From the NCBI GenBank assembly GCA_016934935.1, contig JAFGRW010000054.1, positions 106,668 to 170,667 on the forward strand: DNA of 64,000 bases. The letters run 5' to 3'. Shown here one piece after another: positions 20,217 through 29,525 of this stretch. The position numbers were made by a program, and so were the translations under genes. The notes under the pieces are model-generated. The model worked only from the letters and a program-made list of their open reading frames with translations. It was not told the DNA's origin and made no database searches. Positions within the stretch are counted from its first letter, which is position 1; the number at the start of each line of letters is the position of its first letter. Origin of the DNA: Spirochaetota bacterium. Lineage in GTDB: Bacteria > Spirochaetota > UBA4802 > JAFGJZ01.

Positions 20217-20452
20217 TTTTTATCTCCTTGATTCGAAATCGTGCAACTGTATAATAAAAGATTCTATAACTTGGATAAAAAAAGCAATAATAAATTTATA
20301 TTATCCATGATCAATATTGAACAAATTAGCATGTGAGCAAATTAGTCCGTGAACGGATATGAATAATAATATTAATTAAAGGAGAGTATAATTGTCCACA
20401 AAGAAAAGTAGAATCACTGTTTTTAGTGAAGAGAAAACAAAGTGAAGAACTT

Positions 20453-20526
20453 CGCGTCTAAGAGGATTCGAACCTCTGACCTTTCGATTCGTAGTCGAAC
20501 GCTCTATCCAGCTGAGCTATAGACGC
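20453..20526 (-). tRNA. tRNA-Arg(ACG)
   Basis: Cloverleaf GCGTCTA...TAGACGC with anticodon loop CT-ACG-AA and GGTTCGAATCC T-arm. CCA not encoded. Confidence 0.95.
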
Positions 20527-20527
20527 A

Positions 20528-20878
20528 TCATATATTAAGACTATCTGCTAAATTGCTAAAATATGGTAAAAATATTTTTTTATTTAAACAAGTCAAAATA
20601 ATTGCAATCAAAGAAAAAAACAGATAAGATGTTAACAAAATGTATTGCAAAGTACTTATTATAAAAAAAACAAAAATATAAGTAGATGGTGTAAAAAAAT
20701 CAATAAATGTCAGTATAACAGATATTAAAATAACAGAACATGATATTAAAAGAGATACTTTCGCATTTTTTTGATCTATTACAGAGCCTCTTTTCAAGTA
20801 AAGAGGAAAAAGCCAGCCAATAAACGGAAAAAAGGCTAAGGCAGAAAAAAGTTTTGCAACAGAAAAAAATGATGTCAT
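20528..20878 (-). CDS. Small membrane protein (DUF4870-like)
   Basis: MTSFFSVAKL..FFPFIGWLFPL with three hydrophobic segments. The longer ORF-track start would overlap two tRNAs. Confidence 0.65.
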   Translation of the reverse strand: MTSFFSVAKLFSALAFFPFIGWLFPLYLKRGSVIDQKNAKVSLLISCSVILISVILTFIDFFTPSTYIFVFFIISTLQYILLTSYLFFSLIAIILTCLNKKIFLPYFSNLADSLNI

Positions 20879-20897
20879 TTCATAATCCGTTTTTATT

Positions 20898-20982
20898 CGG
20901 AGAGAGAGGGATTCGAACCCTCGGAACCTTTCAGTTCCACGATTTAGCAAACCGCTCCCTTCGGCCACTCGGGCATCTCTCC
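20898..20982 (-). tRNA. tRNA-Ser(GCT)
   Basis: GGAGAGA...TCTCTCC-G acceptor stem, anticodon loop TT-GCT-AA, long variable arm. Confidence 0.95.
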
Positions 20983-20991
20983 GTAAAAATT

Positions 20992-21074
20992 CGGAAGGTG
21001 AGAGATTCGAACTCTCGGAACTTGCGTTCAACGGTTTTCAAGACCGTCACCATCGACCACTCGGACAACCTTCC
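20992..21074 (-). tRNA. tRNA-Ser(TGA)
   Basis: GGAAGGT...ACCTTCC-G acceptor stem, anticodon loop CT-TGA-AA, long variable arm. TTGACA-N16-TAGATT promoter upstream. Confidence 0.95.
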
Positions 21075-21133
21075 GAAAGCGAATCTAATTATACCCGCAT
21101 GCTTGTCAATAAAAAAAGGCAAAAAAAATATTT

Positions 21134-21832
21134 TTAAAGTGATCGTACAGCAGAAACACAGATACGTGACGTAATATCGGTTTTATAGGTTAGGTATCCA
21201 AAGAAAGAGAGCCATCGGATAATGCTGAAATCGAAAAATGAAAAAAACATAAGCTCATTTCGGTAGTTTAGATCTGTAGAAACCATATAATCGATCGCAA
21301 TACTGTCTACAAAGAATGTTCTTTGTTTGCAATTAATAATTTTTTTGATAGTTGATCGATTATTTTGCATGTGTGCAGCTATTGAGGGCATTGAAGGAAA
21401 AAATTGTGACCAAGAACATTTGTTCCAGAAAGAATCAAAAAGCGTACCGTTTAACGTCTCTTTATTAAAATCCTCAATGTGATATTGATTATTAATATAT
21501 TTAATAACTCCGGATTGTTTAAGCATAATAAGCATTTGAAGAATATGGACTCTAAAAAAATCTTGTTCGATGCCCGAGTTATCAAAAAAATATTTTGAGT
21601 GTGACATAACAATATAATCAACAAAATCTTTAGATGTAGTCCCGTCTGCATTGCATGATGGATTGTGAGTTTTGATTTCGTCTATCAGCAAATATGCCAT
21701 TTGGCAGGCTGTTGTGAGCTGTTTGTGGCCGTGTACGAGAGTATGATTGTTAAAAAATATATTTTTGCAGGATAATCTGTCCTCTTTGATAAATTGCAAA
21801 CTTTTCTGTCGGTTGTATGGTTGTTGTTGCAT
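21134..21832 (-). CDS. Hypothetical protein
   Basis: 232-aa ORF with an AAGGAG RBS; no motif recognised. Confidence 0.65.
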   Translation of the reverse strand: MQQQPYNRQKSLQFIKEDRLSCKNIFFNNHTLVHGHKQLTTACQMAYLLIDEIKTHNPSCNADGTTSKDFVDYIVMSHSKYFFDNSGIEQDFFRVHILQMLIMLKQSGVIKYINNQYHIEDFNKETLNGTLFDSFWNKCSWSQFFPSMPSIAAHMQNNRSTIKKIINCKQRTFFVDSIAIDYMVSTDLNYRNELMFFSFFDFSIIRWLSFFGYLTYKTDITSRICVSAVRSL

Positions 21833-22002
21833 TAGGACAGGTTTCTCCTTAAAAAAAAGTCAGATTAATTGGAACAACATCTCCAGTGGGAGATGTTGAT
21901 ATAGGTTCTGTAAGCGATAAAACACATATCTATTAAAATTAATTTAAAGTCAATAAGAAAAAAAAATTTTAAAAAAAATTCTTTTATTTAGTTATATATG
22001 AT

Positions 22003-22668
22003 ATGAAAGAAAAAAAAATTTATCCAATTCAAAAATGTAAAAACGGACATAATGTCCGGGACTTATCAGATGTTGAGCTATTATCGATAGCGATAGGCGC
22101 CGGTTGTAAGGGTGAATCTGTATATTCAATAGCATCACGTATATATTACGAGCTATCAGGGCTTAGAGGAATATATGGAGCAGGTGTACACAAGCTTTCT
22201 CAAATAAAAGGACTAGGAGAGATAAAATCGATTCGTATTCTTTCGGCTCTTGAAATGGGACGTCGTATTGTATCAAGGGAGGTTGAGACTCAAGAGTTGA
22301 ATAATCCGGAGCGTGTATGGAGAAATGTGCTTTCTGATATTACCGGGCTTGATCACGAAATATTTATAGTTATAGTTCTAAACAGTAAAAACAGGATACT
22401 TAAAAAAAGTATTGTCAGTTGTGGAACTGTATCTGAAACAATCGTGCATCCCAGAGAAGTTTTTAGAGCTGCAATAAAAGAAAACGGGTCATCAATTATT
22501 ATATGTCATAATCATCCGTCTGGTAATCTTGAGCCTTCTAAAAATGACATAAACATTACTGAGAGACTAGTTAAAGCATCCAAAATTATTGGAATTGATA
22601 TTCTTGACCATCTTATTGTTACGGAAGAGAGCTATTGCAGTCTTCGTGAAACCGGTTATATCGATTAG
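22003..22668 (+). CDS. radC: RadC family JAB-domain protein
   Basis: LSDVELL, HhH-like IKGLGEIK, HPREVF, HNHPSGNLEPS.ND and LDHLIV motifs. Confidence 0.9.
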   Translation: MKEKKIYPIQKCKNGHNVRDLSDVELLSIAIGAGCKGESVYSIASRIYYELSGLRGIYGAGVHKLSQIKGLGEIKSIRILSALEMGRRIVSREVETQELNNPERVWRNVLSDITGLDHEIFIVIVLNSKNRILKKSIVSCGTVSETIVHPREVFRAAIKENGSSIIICHNHPSGNLEPSKNDINITERLVKASKIIGIDILDHLIVTEESYCSLRETGYID

Positions 22669-22679
22669 TATAACCGGTT
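22650..22679. terminator. Hairpin over the radC stop between convergent radC and lysA
   Basis: 11-bp stem AACCGGTTATA/TATAACCGGTT with an 8-nt loop. Confidence 0.5.
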
Positions 22680-22731
22680 CTATTGATTATAGTGGAGAAC
22701 TAAAAATAAACAAACATATTAATTGAAAAGT

Positions 22732-23979
22732 TTAGTTGGAGTCAAAATCCAAAGTAGCGAAATAGTCATCCAGAGTTTCAGCTCTGCGAATAAGCTTTAC
22801 GCGTTTATCTTTTTGCATTAGCAGCTCTGCTGAACGAAGTTTTCCGTTGTAATTAAAACCCATAGCGTGTCCATGAGCTCCTGTATCGTGTATTACAACA
22901 ATATCGCCTGTTTGAATTCGTGGAAGAGGGCGTTCAATTGCAAATTTATCATTGTTTTCGCATAGTGATCCGGCAATATCATAAACGTGGTCCTTTGGCT
23001 CACCTTCGCGTCCCATAACGGTAATATGGTGGTATGCTCCGTATAGTGCAGGTCGCATCAGATTGGCCATACAAGCGTCAATACCAATGTAATTGCGGTA
23101 TATCTCTTTCTTGTGTATTGCTCGTGTAACCAGGTAACCGTATGGCCCAGTAATCATTCTTCCGTTTTCCATAAAAAGTTTAACGGGATTCATGGAGTTG
23201 TCGGTGATAAATTTACGGAAAAGATCCTTGATTGATGAGGCGATATGTTCAAGATTAACGATCTTGTCTTCAGGTTTATATGGTATGCCAATACCCCCGC
23301 CAATATTTATAAATTCAATATTAATATCCAACTCATTCTTAAGTTCTACACATAGCTCAAGAAGCATTTTTGCAGTTTCAGCAAAATATACCTCGTTTAG
23401 CTCGTTAGATGCAATCATGGTGTGAAGACCAAAACGTTTAACTCCTTTTTGTTTAAGCAAACTATAGCCTTCAAAAAGCTGGTCTCTTGTAAAGCCGTAT
23501 TTTGATTCCTCAGGAGAACCAATTATAGAGTTGCCGTCTCTTAGTGGTCCAGGGTTATATCTGAAGCAGATAAGTTCTGGCAGTGATGCATGTTCTTCAA
23601 GAAAAGAAATATGTGAGATATCGTCAAGATTTATTATTGCTCCAAGTTCGATAGCGTGTCTATATTCAGAGGCAGGGGTATTGTTAGATGAGAACATAAT
23701 TTCTTCGCCCACAATACCGGCTTTTTCCGCAAGAATCAACTCGGGCAGAGAGCTGCAATCTGCTCCAAGACCACATGATTTTAGAAGCGCAAGAATATGA
23801 TTATTAGGAGTGGCTTTTACTGCAAAAAATTCTTTAAAACCGTAAAAAGAACCAAAAATTCTGTTCAATTTAATTGCATTGGTTTTTATAGCTTCGGCAT
23901 CGTAAATATGAAAAGGAGTGGGGTGCTTTTTGATTATTTCTTCAATTTCCTGTTTATTGAAAGGGAGTGTTTTACTCAT
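22732..23979 (-). CDS. lysA: Diaminopimelate decarboxylase
   Basis: TPFHIYD, FAVKA (PLP lysine), SKYG, NIGGGIG, ENGR, GSLCENND and GAHG..MGFNYNG motifs. Confidence 0.9.
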   Translation of the reverse strand: MSKTLPFNKQEIEEIIKKHPTPFHIYDAEAIKTNAIKLNRIFGSFYGFKEFFAVKATPNNHILALLKSCGLGADCSSLPELILAEKAGIVGEEIMFSSNNTPASEYRHAIELGAIINLDDISHISFLEEHASLPELICFRYNPGPLRDGNSIIGSPEESKYGFTRDQLFEGYSLLKQKGVKRFGLHTMIASNELNEVYFAETAKMLLELCVELKNELDINIEFINIGGGIGIPYKPEDKIVNLEHIASSIKDLFRKFITDNSMNPVKLFMENGRMITGPYGYLVTRAIHKKEIYRNYIGIDACMANLMRPALYGAYHHITVMGREGEPKDHVYDIAGSLCENNDKFAIERPLPRIQTGDIVVIHDTGAHGHAMGFNYNGKLRSAELLMQKDKRVKLIRRAETLDDYFATLDFDSN

Positions 23980-24001
23980 TATTAATTTTCCTGTTGTTAA
24001 T

Positions 24002-24493
24002 TTATTGAAAGTTATTTTGTCCACTAATCATGAAAAAAACAGTAAGACCAAGAGCTCCAGTTACAATGGCCATATCTGCAATATTGAAGGCGGGCCACAT
24101 AAAAAAATCTTCAAATCCTATGTAGATAAAGTCGACAACACCTGGTTTCCCGAGAGCACGATCCAGAATGTTCCCAATTGCTCCTGAAAAGACAAGACCC
24201 ATTGAAAGGCTGAAAAGGGAATTTGAAAGGCGGTTGTGCACTGTTTCGATAATATAAAAAGCAAGAAGCACAAAAAAAACCACAATCGAAAGCATCAGAA
24301 AAATAAATTGATATCCTTGAGCAATACCAAAAATACCACCTCGATTGTAAATTTTAATAATTTGGAAAAAACCACCCAAGAATTTTATCCGCTCGCCTTC
24401 AAGAAAATTCAGATCAACAAAATGCTTTGTGATAAAATCTGCACAAAGTACAACCGCAAAAATTATCAACGCATAAACGTGATTTCTCATCAT
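24002..24493 (-). CDS. lspA: Lipoprotein signal peptidase II
   Basis: D.ITK, N.GGIFG, GAIGNILDR, VVDFI and WPAFNIAD motifs. Confidence 0.93.
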   Translation of the reverse strand: MMRNHVYALIIFAVVLCADFITKHFVDLNFLEGERIKFLGGFFQIIKIYNRGGIFGIAQGYQFIFLMLSIVVFFVLLAFYIIETVHNRLSNSLFSLSMGLVFSGAIGNILDRALGKPGVVDFIYIGFEDFFMWPAFNIADMAIVTGALGLTVFFMISGQNNFQ

Positions 24494-24530
24494 TTTTCTC
24501 CAAAGTACGGTTTATTCAAAACTATATCTC

Positions 24531-27299
24531 TTAACAGCTTTTAATTACAGCTGTACATCTTGAACAAAGTTCAGGATGTTCGGCGTCTTCTCCAATATTT
24601 TCAAAGTAGTTCCAACATCTGACACATTTTTTACCATCAAATCTTTCAATTTTTATCTTACAGCTATCCATTTCGTAAAAGTTACTGTCTTTATCTTGAG
24701 CAAGAGTTATCTTTGCAACCTGCAGGAAGCCTTGCATATCTTCTGCTTTTGCGTGTGCAATATTCTTGTCGTCATCCGAGTTCATTACAATAGTAACTGA
24801 TGCTTCTTGAGATTTGGAGATTATTTTTTCGTTACGTGCACGTTCCAGTGCTTTGAGAAGATCTTTTTTGACTCTCACAATGACACCGAAACTCTGCTCT
24901 ATTCCGCTATTGTTATATTCTTCGGGTAATGAATAGTAGTTTTGTGTATGAATGCTTCCTTCTTTACCGATAAAGTCCCATATCTCTTCGCTTGTAAAAG
25001 CTAAAACAGGAGCAGAAAGGGTAAGCAATGTTTTAAATATTTCGTTTATTGCTGTTTGGGTAGACCTTCGTTTCTTTGCATTACGTTGTTCGATGTAAAG
25101 AATATCTTTTGATACATCGAAATATAGTGATGATAACTCAACAGCACAAAAGTTGAGTATGCGTCTGTATACAAGATGAAATTCAAATTTTTCGTAAGAA
25201 TTTATCACTTGCTGTTGAAGTTGGTAGAGTTTGAACAAAATCCATTTATCCATATCAGCGAGTTCTTTGTAGGGTACTGTATCTTTTTCTTCATTGAAAT
25301 CTGAAAGGTTTCCAATAAGAAATTTGAATGAGTTACGTATTTTCCTGTAAGAGTCGGCAACCTGTTTGAGCATGTCGTGACCTATTTTAAGATCATTACG
25401 ATAATCTTCAGATGTCACCCAGAGTCTCAGTATATCCGCGCCATATTTCTTAATAATATCTTCAGGCGGTATTACATTGCCCATTGATTTACTCATTGCT
25501 TTGCCGTTTTCATCCAGTATGAATCCATGGGTCAAAACGGTATCGTATGGAGCTCTTCCCTTTAAAGCAAGGGCAGGCCATAGAGATGATTGAAACCAGC
25601 CACGATGCTGATCACTTCCTTCAAGATAAAGGTCAGCTGGCCAACGTAATCCTTCACGGTAAGGGCTCTCTAAAACGGCAAAGTGTGAGACTCCTGAATC
25701 GAACCAAACATCAAGTATGTCGTTTTCTTTTACAAAGGAGGTGCTTCCGCATTTACATTTTGTTCCTTCCGGTATTAGCTCGTTAATATCTTTGGTATAC
25801 CATATATCGATACCTTCTGATTTGGCAAGTGACGAAAAATGCATAAGTGATTCGGTAGAAGTCATGTTTGCTCCACATTCAGTGCAGGAAAATGAAGGTA
25901 TTGGCACCCCCCACGAACGTTGGCGTGATAAACACCAGTCAGGGCGCTGTTCTACCATTGAACGGAACCTGGATTCTCCCCATGAAGGAACCCAGTTTGT
26001 GTCTTGAACTACCTTGGAAGCTTTTTTTCTCAGATCATGAGTGTCTATTCCCAGAAACCACTGTTCGGTTGCTCTAAAGATCAGAGGTTTTTTACAACGC
26101 CAGCAGTGAGGGTATGAGTGTTCTATCTGATTCTGCTCTATAAGTGTATTGTTGCCCTTGATTATTTCGATAACCTTGTCATTTGCATCCCAGACAAGAA
26201 CACCTTTCATATCGGAATACTCATCAGTGAATCGCCCTTGGTGGTCTACAGGACAGAAAACGTCCAGTCCGTGTTGTATGCCAATATGATAGTCTTCCGC
26301 GCCATGTCCCGGCGCAGTGTGAACAATACCAGTACCCTGTTCAAGAGTAACATGATGCCCAAAGATAACTTTCGATTCGCGTTTTATAAAAGGGTGGTGT
26401 ACAACAAGTTTTTCTATTTGAGATCTGCTGATACTGAAAGATTCAGAATGTTTTTTGCCCGTAACAGATTCAAATTGTTCAATTAATCCATCGGCCAGTA
26501 AAAGAAACTCCTCTTTAAACTTGTAAAGTGAATATGGGAAGTCAGGATGAAAACATACGGCAAGGTTCGCCGGTAAAGTCCATGGTGTAGTTGTCCATAT
26601 AACTACATGGCACTTATCAGAGTTAACTCCTTCTATGCCGATGCTGGAAGCATCAATTGCAAATTTAACGAAGATGGATTTGGAAGTGTGCATCTCATAT
26701 TCTACTTCCGCCTCGGCAAGAGCGGTTTCGCAGCTTGGGCACCAGTAGATTGGTTTTTTTCCTTTAAAGATATAGCCCTGTTCAAAAAGTTCAGCAAATT
26801 TCTGTGTTATTGTTGCTTCGTAATCTTTGGTCATTGTCTTGTATGGATTTTTATAATCTGCAAAAACACCAAGTCTTTTGAATTCGTCCCGCTGGATGTT
26901 AATAAATTCGGTTGCGTAATCACGGCAAAGATTACGGATTGCAATCTTTTCCATATCGCGGGCTTTATCTCCTAATTTTTGTGTTACCTTGAGTTCGATA
27001 GGAAGACCATGGCAATCCCAACCGGGAATATAGGGAGTTTTGAACCCCATCATGGTTTTGTGTTTGATTATTACGTCCTTTAATATTTTATTGAGGGCGT
27101 GCCCCATATGAATGTGTCCGTTTGCATAAGGAGGGCCATCGTGCAGAATGAAGAGCTTGTTGTCGGATCGTTCAGAAAGAATTTTGTTATAAATATCGGC
27201 TTTCGCCCATTTTTTTAATATTTCCGGTTCACGTTGAGGCAGGTTCGCGCGCATCGGAAAGTCGGTTTCGGGTAAATTTACGGTTTTTGAATAATCCAT
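24531..27299 (-). CDS. ileS: Isoleucine--tRNA ligase (type 1)
   Basis: LHDGPPYANG.IHMGH, GWDCHGLPIE, WTTTPWTLP, EGSDQHRGWF and AMSKS motifs; C-terminal CxxCW..CxxC. Confidence 0.95.
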   Translation of the reverse strand: MDYSKTVNLPETDFPMRANLPQREPEILKKWAKADIYNKILSERSDNKLFILHDGPPYANGHIHMGHALNKILKDVIIKHKTMMGFKTPYIPGWDCHGLPIELKVTQKLGDKARDMEKIAIRNLCRDYATEFINIQRDEFKRLGVFADYKNPYKTMTKDYEATITQKFAELFEQGYIFKGKKPIYWCPSCETALAEAEVEYEMHTSKSIFVKFAIDASSIGIEGVNSDKCHVVIWTTTPWTLPANLAVCFHPDFPYSLYKFKEEFLLLADGLIEQFESVTGKKHSESFSISRSQIEKLVVHHPFIKRESKVIFGHHVTLEQGTGIVHTAPGHGAEDYHIGIQHGLDVFCPVDHQGRFTDEYSDMKGVLVWDANDKVIEIIKGNNTLIEQNQIEHSYPHCWRCKKPLIFRATEQWFLGIDTHDLRKKASKVVQDTNWVPSWGESRFRSMVEQRPDWCLSRQRSWGVPIPSFSCTECGANMTSTESLMHFSSLAKSEGIDIWYTKDINELIPEGTKCKCGSTSFVKENDILDVWFDSGVSHFAVLESPYREGLRWPADLYLEGSDQHRGWFQSSLWPALALKGRAPYDTVLTHGFILDENGKAMSKSMGNVIPPEDIIKKYGADILRLWVTSEDYRNDLKIGHDMLKQVADSYRKIRNSFKFLIGNLSDFNEEKDTVPYKELADMDKWILFKLYQLQQQVINSYEKFEFHLVYRRILNFCAVELSSLYFDVSKDILYIEQRNAKKRRSTQTAINEIFKTLLTLSAPVLAFTSEEIWDFIGKEGSIHTQNYYSLPEEYNNSGIEQSFGVIVRVKKDLLKALERARNEKIISKSQEASVTIVMNSDDDKNIAHAKAEDMQGFLQVAKITLAQDKDSNFYEMDSCKIKIERFDGKKCVRCWNYFENIGEDAEHPELCSRCTAVIKSC

Positions 27300-27466
27300 A
27301 TGAGCCTCACATTCTGTTAAAGTTTGCATTAAAAACTTTTCTACAGGTGTTATTTGTCAACCAGTTTTTATGAGTCGCCGTCATTGAAAATTTTTTCAGG
27401 TAGTAAATATATGAAGACTATTATTGCCTGTTTTTTCCTGTTTAGGTAAGAATGAAAGGATTTATA

Positions 27467-27541
27467 ATAGGGAACTTCGAAAAATTACTATGTTCCAGAG
27501 GGCAACCTAGTTGAAAAGTAAATTCTAGAGGTTGCCAATAG
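27467..27541 (+). repeat. MITE/REP-like repeat copy R1 (internally deleted)
   Basis: First 38 nt match 38729-38766 at 36/38. Imperfect terminal inverted repeats GGGAACTTCGAAAAATTAC / GTAAATTCTAGAGGTTGCC. Confidence 0.7.
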
Positions 27542-27600
27542 TTGAAATTGAATTATCAAGGCGACACGTATAAAGTGTCAGCATAAAAAGGAATTGATTA

Positions 27601-28122
27601 ATGAGAAAACTAAGACATGATGAAATAGTAGCATTTCAGAAAATTCAGTCTGATAAAAATAGGCGATTTCCTGTTTCTGCTGTTTTGGAGAACATCCGCA
27701 GTTTGCATAATGTAGGTTCCATGTTCCGTACGGCTGATGGCGCAGGATTAAACAAACTTTATCTTTGCGGTTTTACTGGAGCTCCGCCTCGTCCTGAAAT
27801 TGAGAAAAGTGCTTTGGGAAGCACTGATTATGTAAACTGGGAACGGCAAGAGGAGACATTAACTTTGATACGGCAACTTAAATCCATGGGTGAACAGATT
27901 GTTGTATTTGAACATTGTGAACAGGCGAAGAGTTATAATCGGATCGAGTACCGATACCCCTGTGTGCTTGTTTTCGGAAACGAAGTGAATGGAGTATCGT
28001 CTGAAGTATGCGCTTTGGCGGACGAGACTGTGCTTATTCCAATGTATGGCAGTAAACAGTCGCTTAATGTTTCAGTATCGTTTGGTATAGGAGTTTACAA
28101 TGCTATCGCATCTTTGTCCTGA
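27601..28122 (+). CDS. TrmH/SpoU family RNA methyltransferase
   Basis: LENIRSLHNVGSMFRTAD, FGNEVNG and IPMYG.KQSLNVS motifs. Confidence 0.9.
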   Translation: MRKLRHDEIVAFQKIQSDKNRRFPVSAVLENIRSLHNVGSMFRTADGAGLNKLYLCGFTGAPPRPEIEKSALGSTDYVNWERQEETLTLIRQLKSMGEQIVVFEHCEQAKSYNRIEYRYPCVLVFGNEVNGVSSEVCALADETVLIPMYGSKQSLNVSVSFGIGVYNAIASLS

Positions 28123-28343
28123 TTTCTGGAGCGGCTATGCCGTTTAAAATATAATAAAAAATTTTTTCGTATTCCCCGTGGGGTTTTTAGCTTGTGCTAA
28201 AAGCTTATTGTTCTGATAAGAGCAACCTGCAAGGACAAGTCCCGCTGCTCACTCGTCCAGCACCACTTTGGAAACACAAAGTGGTGCTGGACTGCTCGCA
28301 TATGCGCCTGGTTATAACGTTAATTATTAGAGATTATCAATAG
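28123..28343 (+). repeat. MITE/REP-like repeat copy R2 (core plus right end, with two extra hairpins)
   Basis: ATTGTTCTGATAAGAGCAACCTGCAAGGACAAGTCCC matches 38816-38852 at 34/37 and the right end is shared. Perfect 16-bp hairpin at 28255-28292. Confidence 0.7.
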
Positions 28344-28357
28344 ACAATTTACCGAAT

Positions 28358-29251
28358 TTAGAATCTTTTTGCACGTTGATGGCAATATGGATACTTGCCA
28401 TTTTTTTCGTAATATCGTCTATGGTAATCTTCGGCAGGATAAAAATCTTTGGCAGGAAGTATACTGGTAATCGCGTCTATTCCATTGTTTCTTAATATAT
28501 TAATTAAGGTTTCGGCAACGACTTTTTGTTTATCATCAGTATAAAAAATTGCAGACATGTATTGCTCGCCAATGTCTGGCCCCTGACCATCTTTTTGTGA
28601 GGGGTCGTGTATCTCAAAAAAAAGCTCTGCAAGTTTATTGTAGCTGATTTTTGATGGGTCGTATATGATTTCGACTGCTTCAACATGCCCTGTTTTACCC
28701 GAACAAACCTCTTCGTAGGTGGGTTTATCTGTTTTGCCACCTGTGTATCCCGGCATTGTCGAAACAACACCTTCAATATTCAGGAAATGGTATTCAATGC
28801 CCCAAAAACAGCCACCTGCAAAGATCGCCCTCTCGTAATTCTTGCTGGAATCAGATGTTTTTCCTTTAGTTATTGCCAGATTGTTATCACTTATCTCTTT
28901 CAGTGGAATAAACTTCATGGATATTGAATTTACACAATGCCTTACGTTTTTGCTGGTAAAGCCCTCCCCTTTAAAGATATGTCCAAGATGCCCACCGCAA
29001 TTAGCACATACTATTTCAGTTCGCATGCCATCTTTGTCAGCAATTTCCTGGACTGCGCCTTCTATTTGATCGTCAAAGGAGGGCCAGCCACAGTCTGATT
29101 TGAATTTTGCCGTTGATTGGTATAATGGATTATCACATTGTTTGCAAACATATATTCCTGGTTCATTAAGATATGTATATTCACCTGTAAACGGAGGCTC
29201 TGTTCCTTTTCCAATTATAACATACTTTTCAGCTTCGGTCAGTTTTTTCAT
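28358..29251 (-). CDS. msrAB: Bifunctional peptide-methionine sulfoxide reductase, MsrB-MsrA fusion
   Basis: N-terminal MsrB (GTEPPF, CGWPSF, GHLGHIF, RHCVNS) and C-terminal MsrA (FAGGCFWG, TGHVEAV, YPAEDYH). Confidence 0.9.
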   Translation of the reverse strand: MKKLTEAEKYVIIGKGTEPPFTGEYTYLNEPGIYVCKQCDNPLYQSTAKFKSDCGWPSFDDQIEGAVQEIADKDGMRTEIVCANCGGHLGHIFKGEGFTSKNVRHCVNSISMKFIPLKEISDNNLAITKGKTSDSSKNYERAIFAGGCFWGIEYHFLNIEGVVSTMPGYTGGKTDKPTYEEVCSGKTGHVEAVEIIYDPSKISYNKLAELFFEIHDPSQKDGQGPDIGEQYMSAIFYTDDKQKVVAETLINILRNNGIDAITSILPAKDFYPAEDYHRRYYEKNGKYPYCHQRAKRF

Positions 29252-29261
29252 TTTGTACATC

Positions 29262-29313
29262 CCTTTAAGCGGCATAGCCGTTCCTAAAATGGTAATTTTA
29301 GAAGTTTCCTGTT
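29262..29313 (-). repeat. MITE/REP-like repeat copy R3 (left end only)
   Basis: Minus-strand ACAGGAAACTTCTAAAATTACCATTTTAGGAACGGCTATGCCGCTTAA. Resembles the R1/R4 left end and shares GGA.CGGCTATGCCG.TTAA with R2. Confidence 0.55.
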
Positions 29314-29525
29314 AGTACTTAGCCTGGTATTCTTTTGTGTGTAATACAGGGATTAAGTTACAAAAAGGCAATGGGGTAAAGGTGACAATTTATAATGAAT
29401 AAACTGGAAAGGATTTAATATTACAAACAAAGTTTTAATGCTGAATATTGCGATATTAATTATAAAATTAAAAATATCAATGAATTACATGACGGGTTCT
29501 GTGATAAAGGAATATAATTTACAAA

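Noticed and set aside
20879-21174. N-terminal extension of ORF 20528-21031 and ORFs 20854-21174 and 20931-21122
   Set aside because: They overlap two clear tRNA-Ser genes.
22003-22668. radC as a marker of a mobile element near the tRNAs
   Set aside because: It is the full-length HhH+JAB chromosomal form, with no integrase or tRNA-end duplication.
28358-29251. Selenoprotein or recoding in msrBA
   Set aside because: The catalytic positions are Cys (GCFWG, RHCVN) and there is no in-frame TGA.
27467-29313. Repeats as a CRISPR array or integron attC cassettes
   Set aside because: No regular repeat-spacer period and no cas or intI gene. The genes are convergent and I found no RYYYAAC/GTTRRRY-bounded attC structure.
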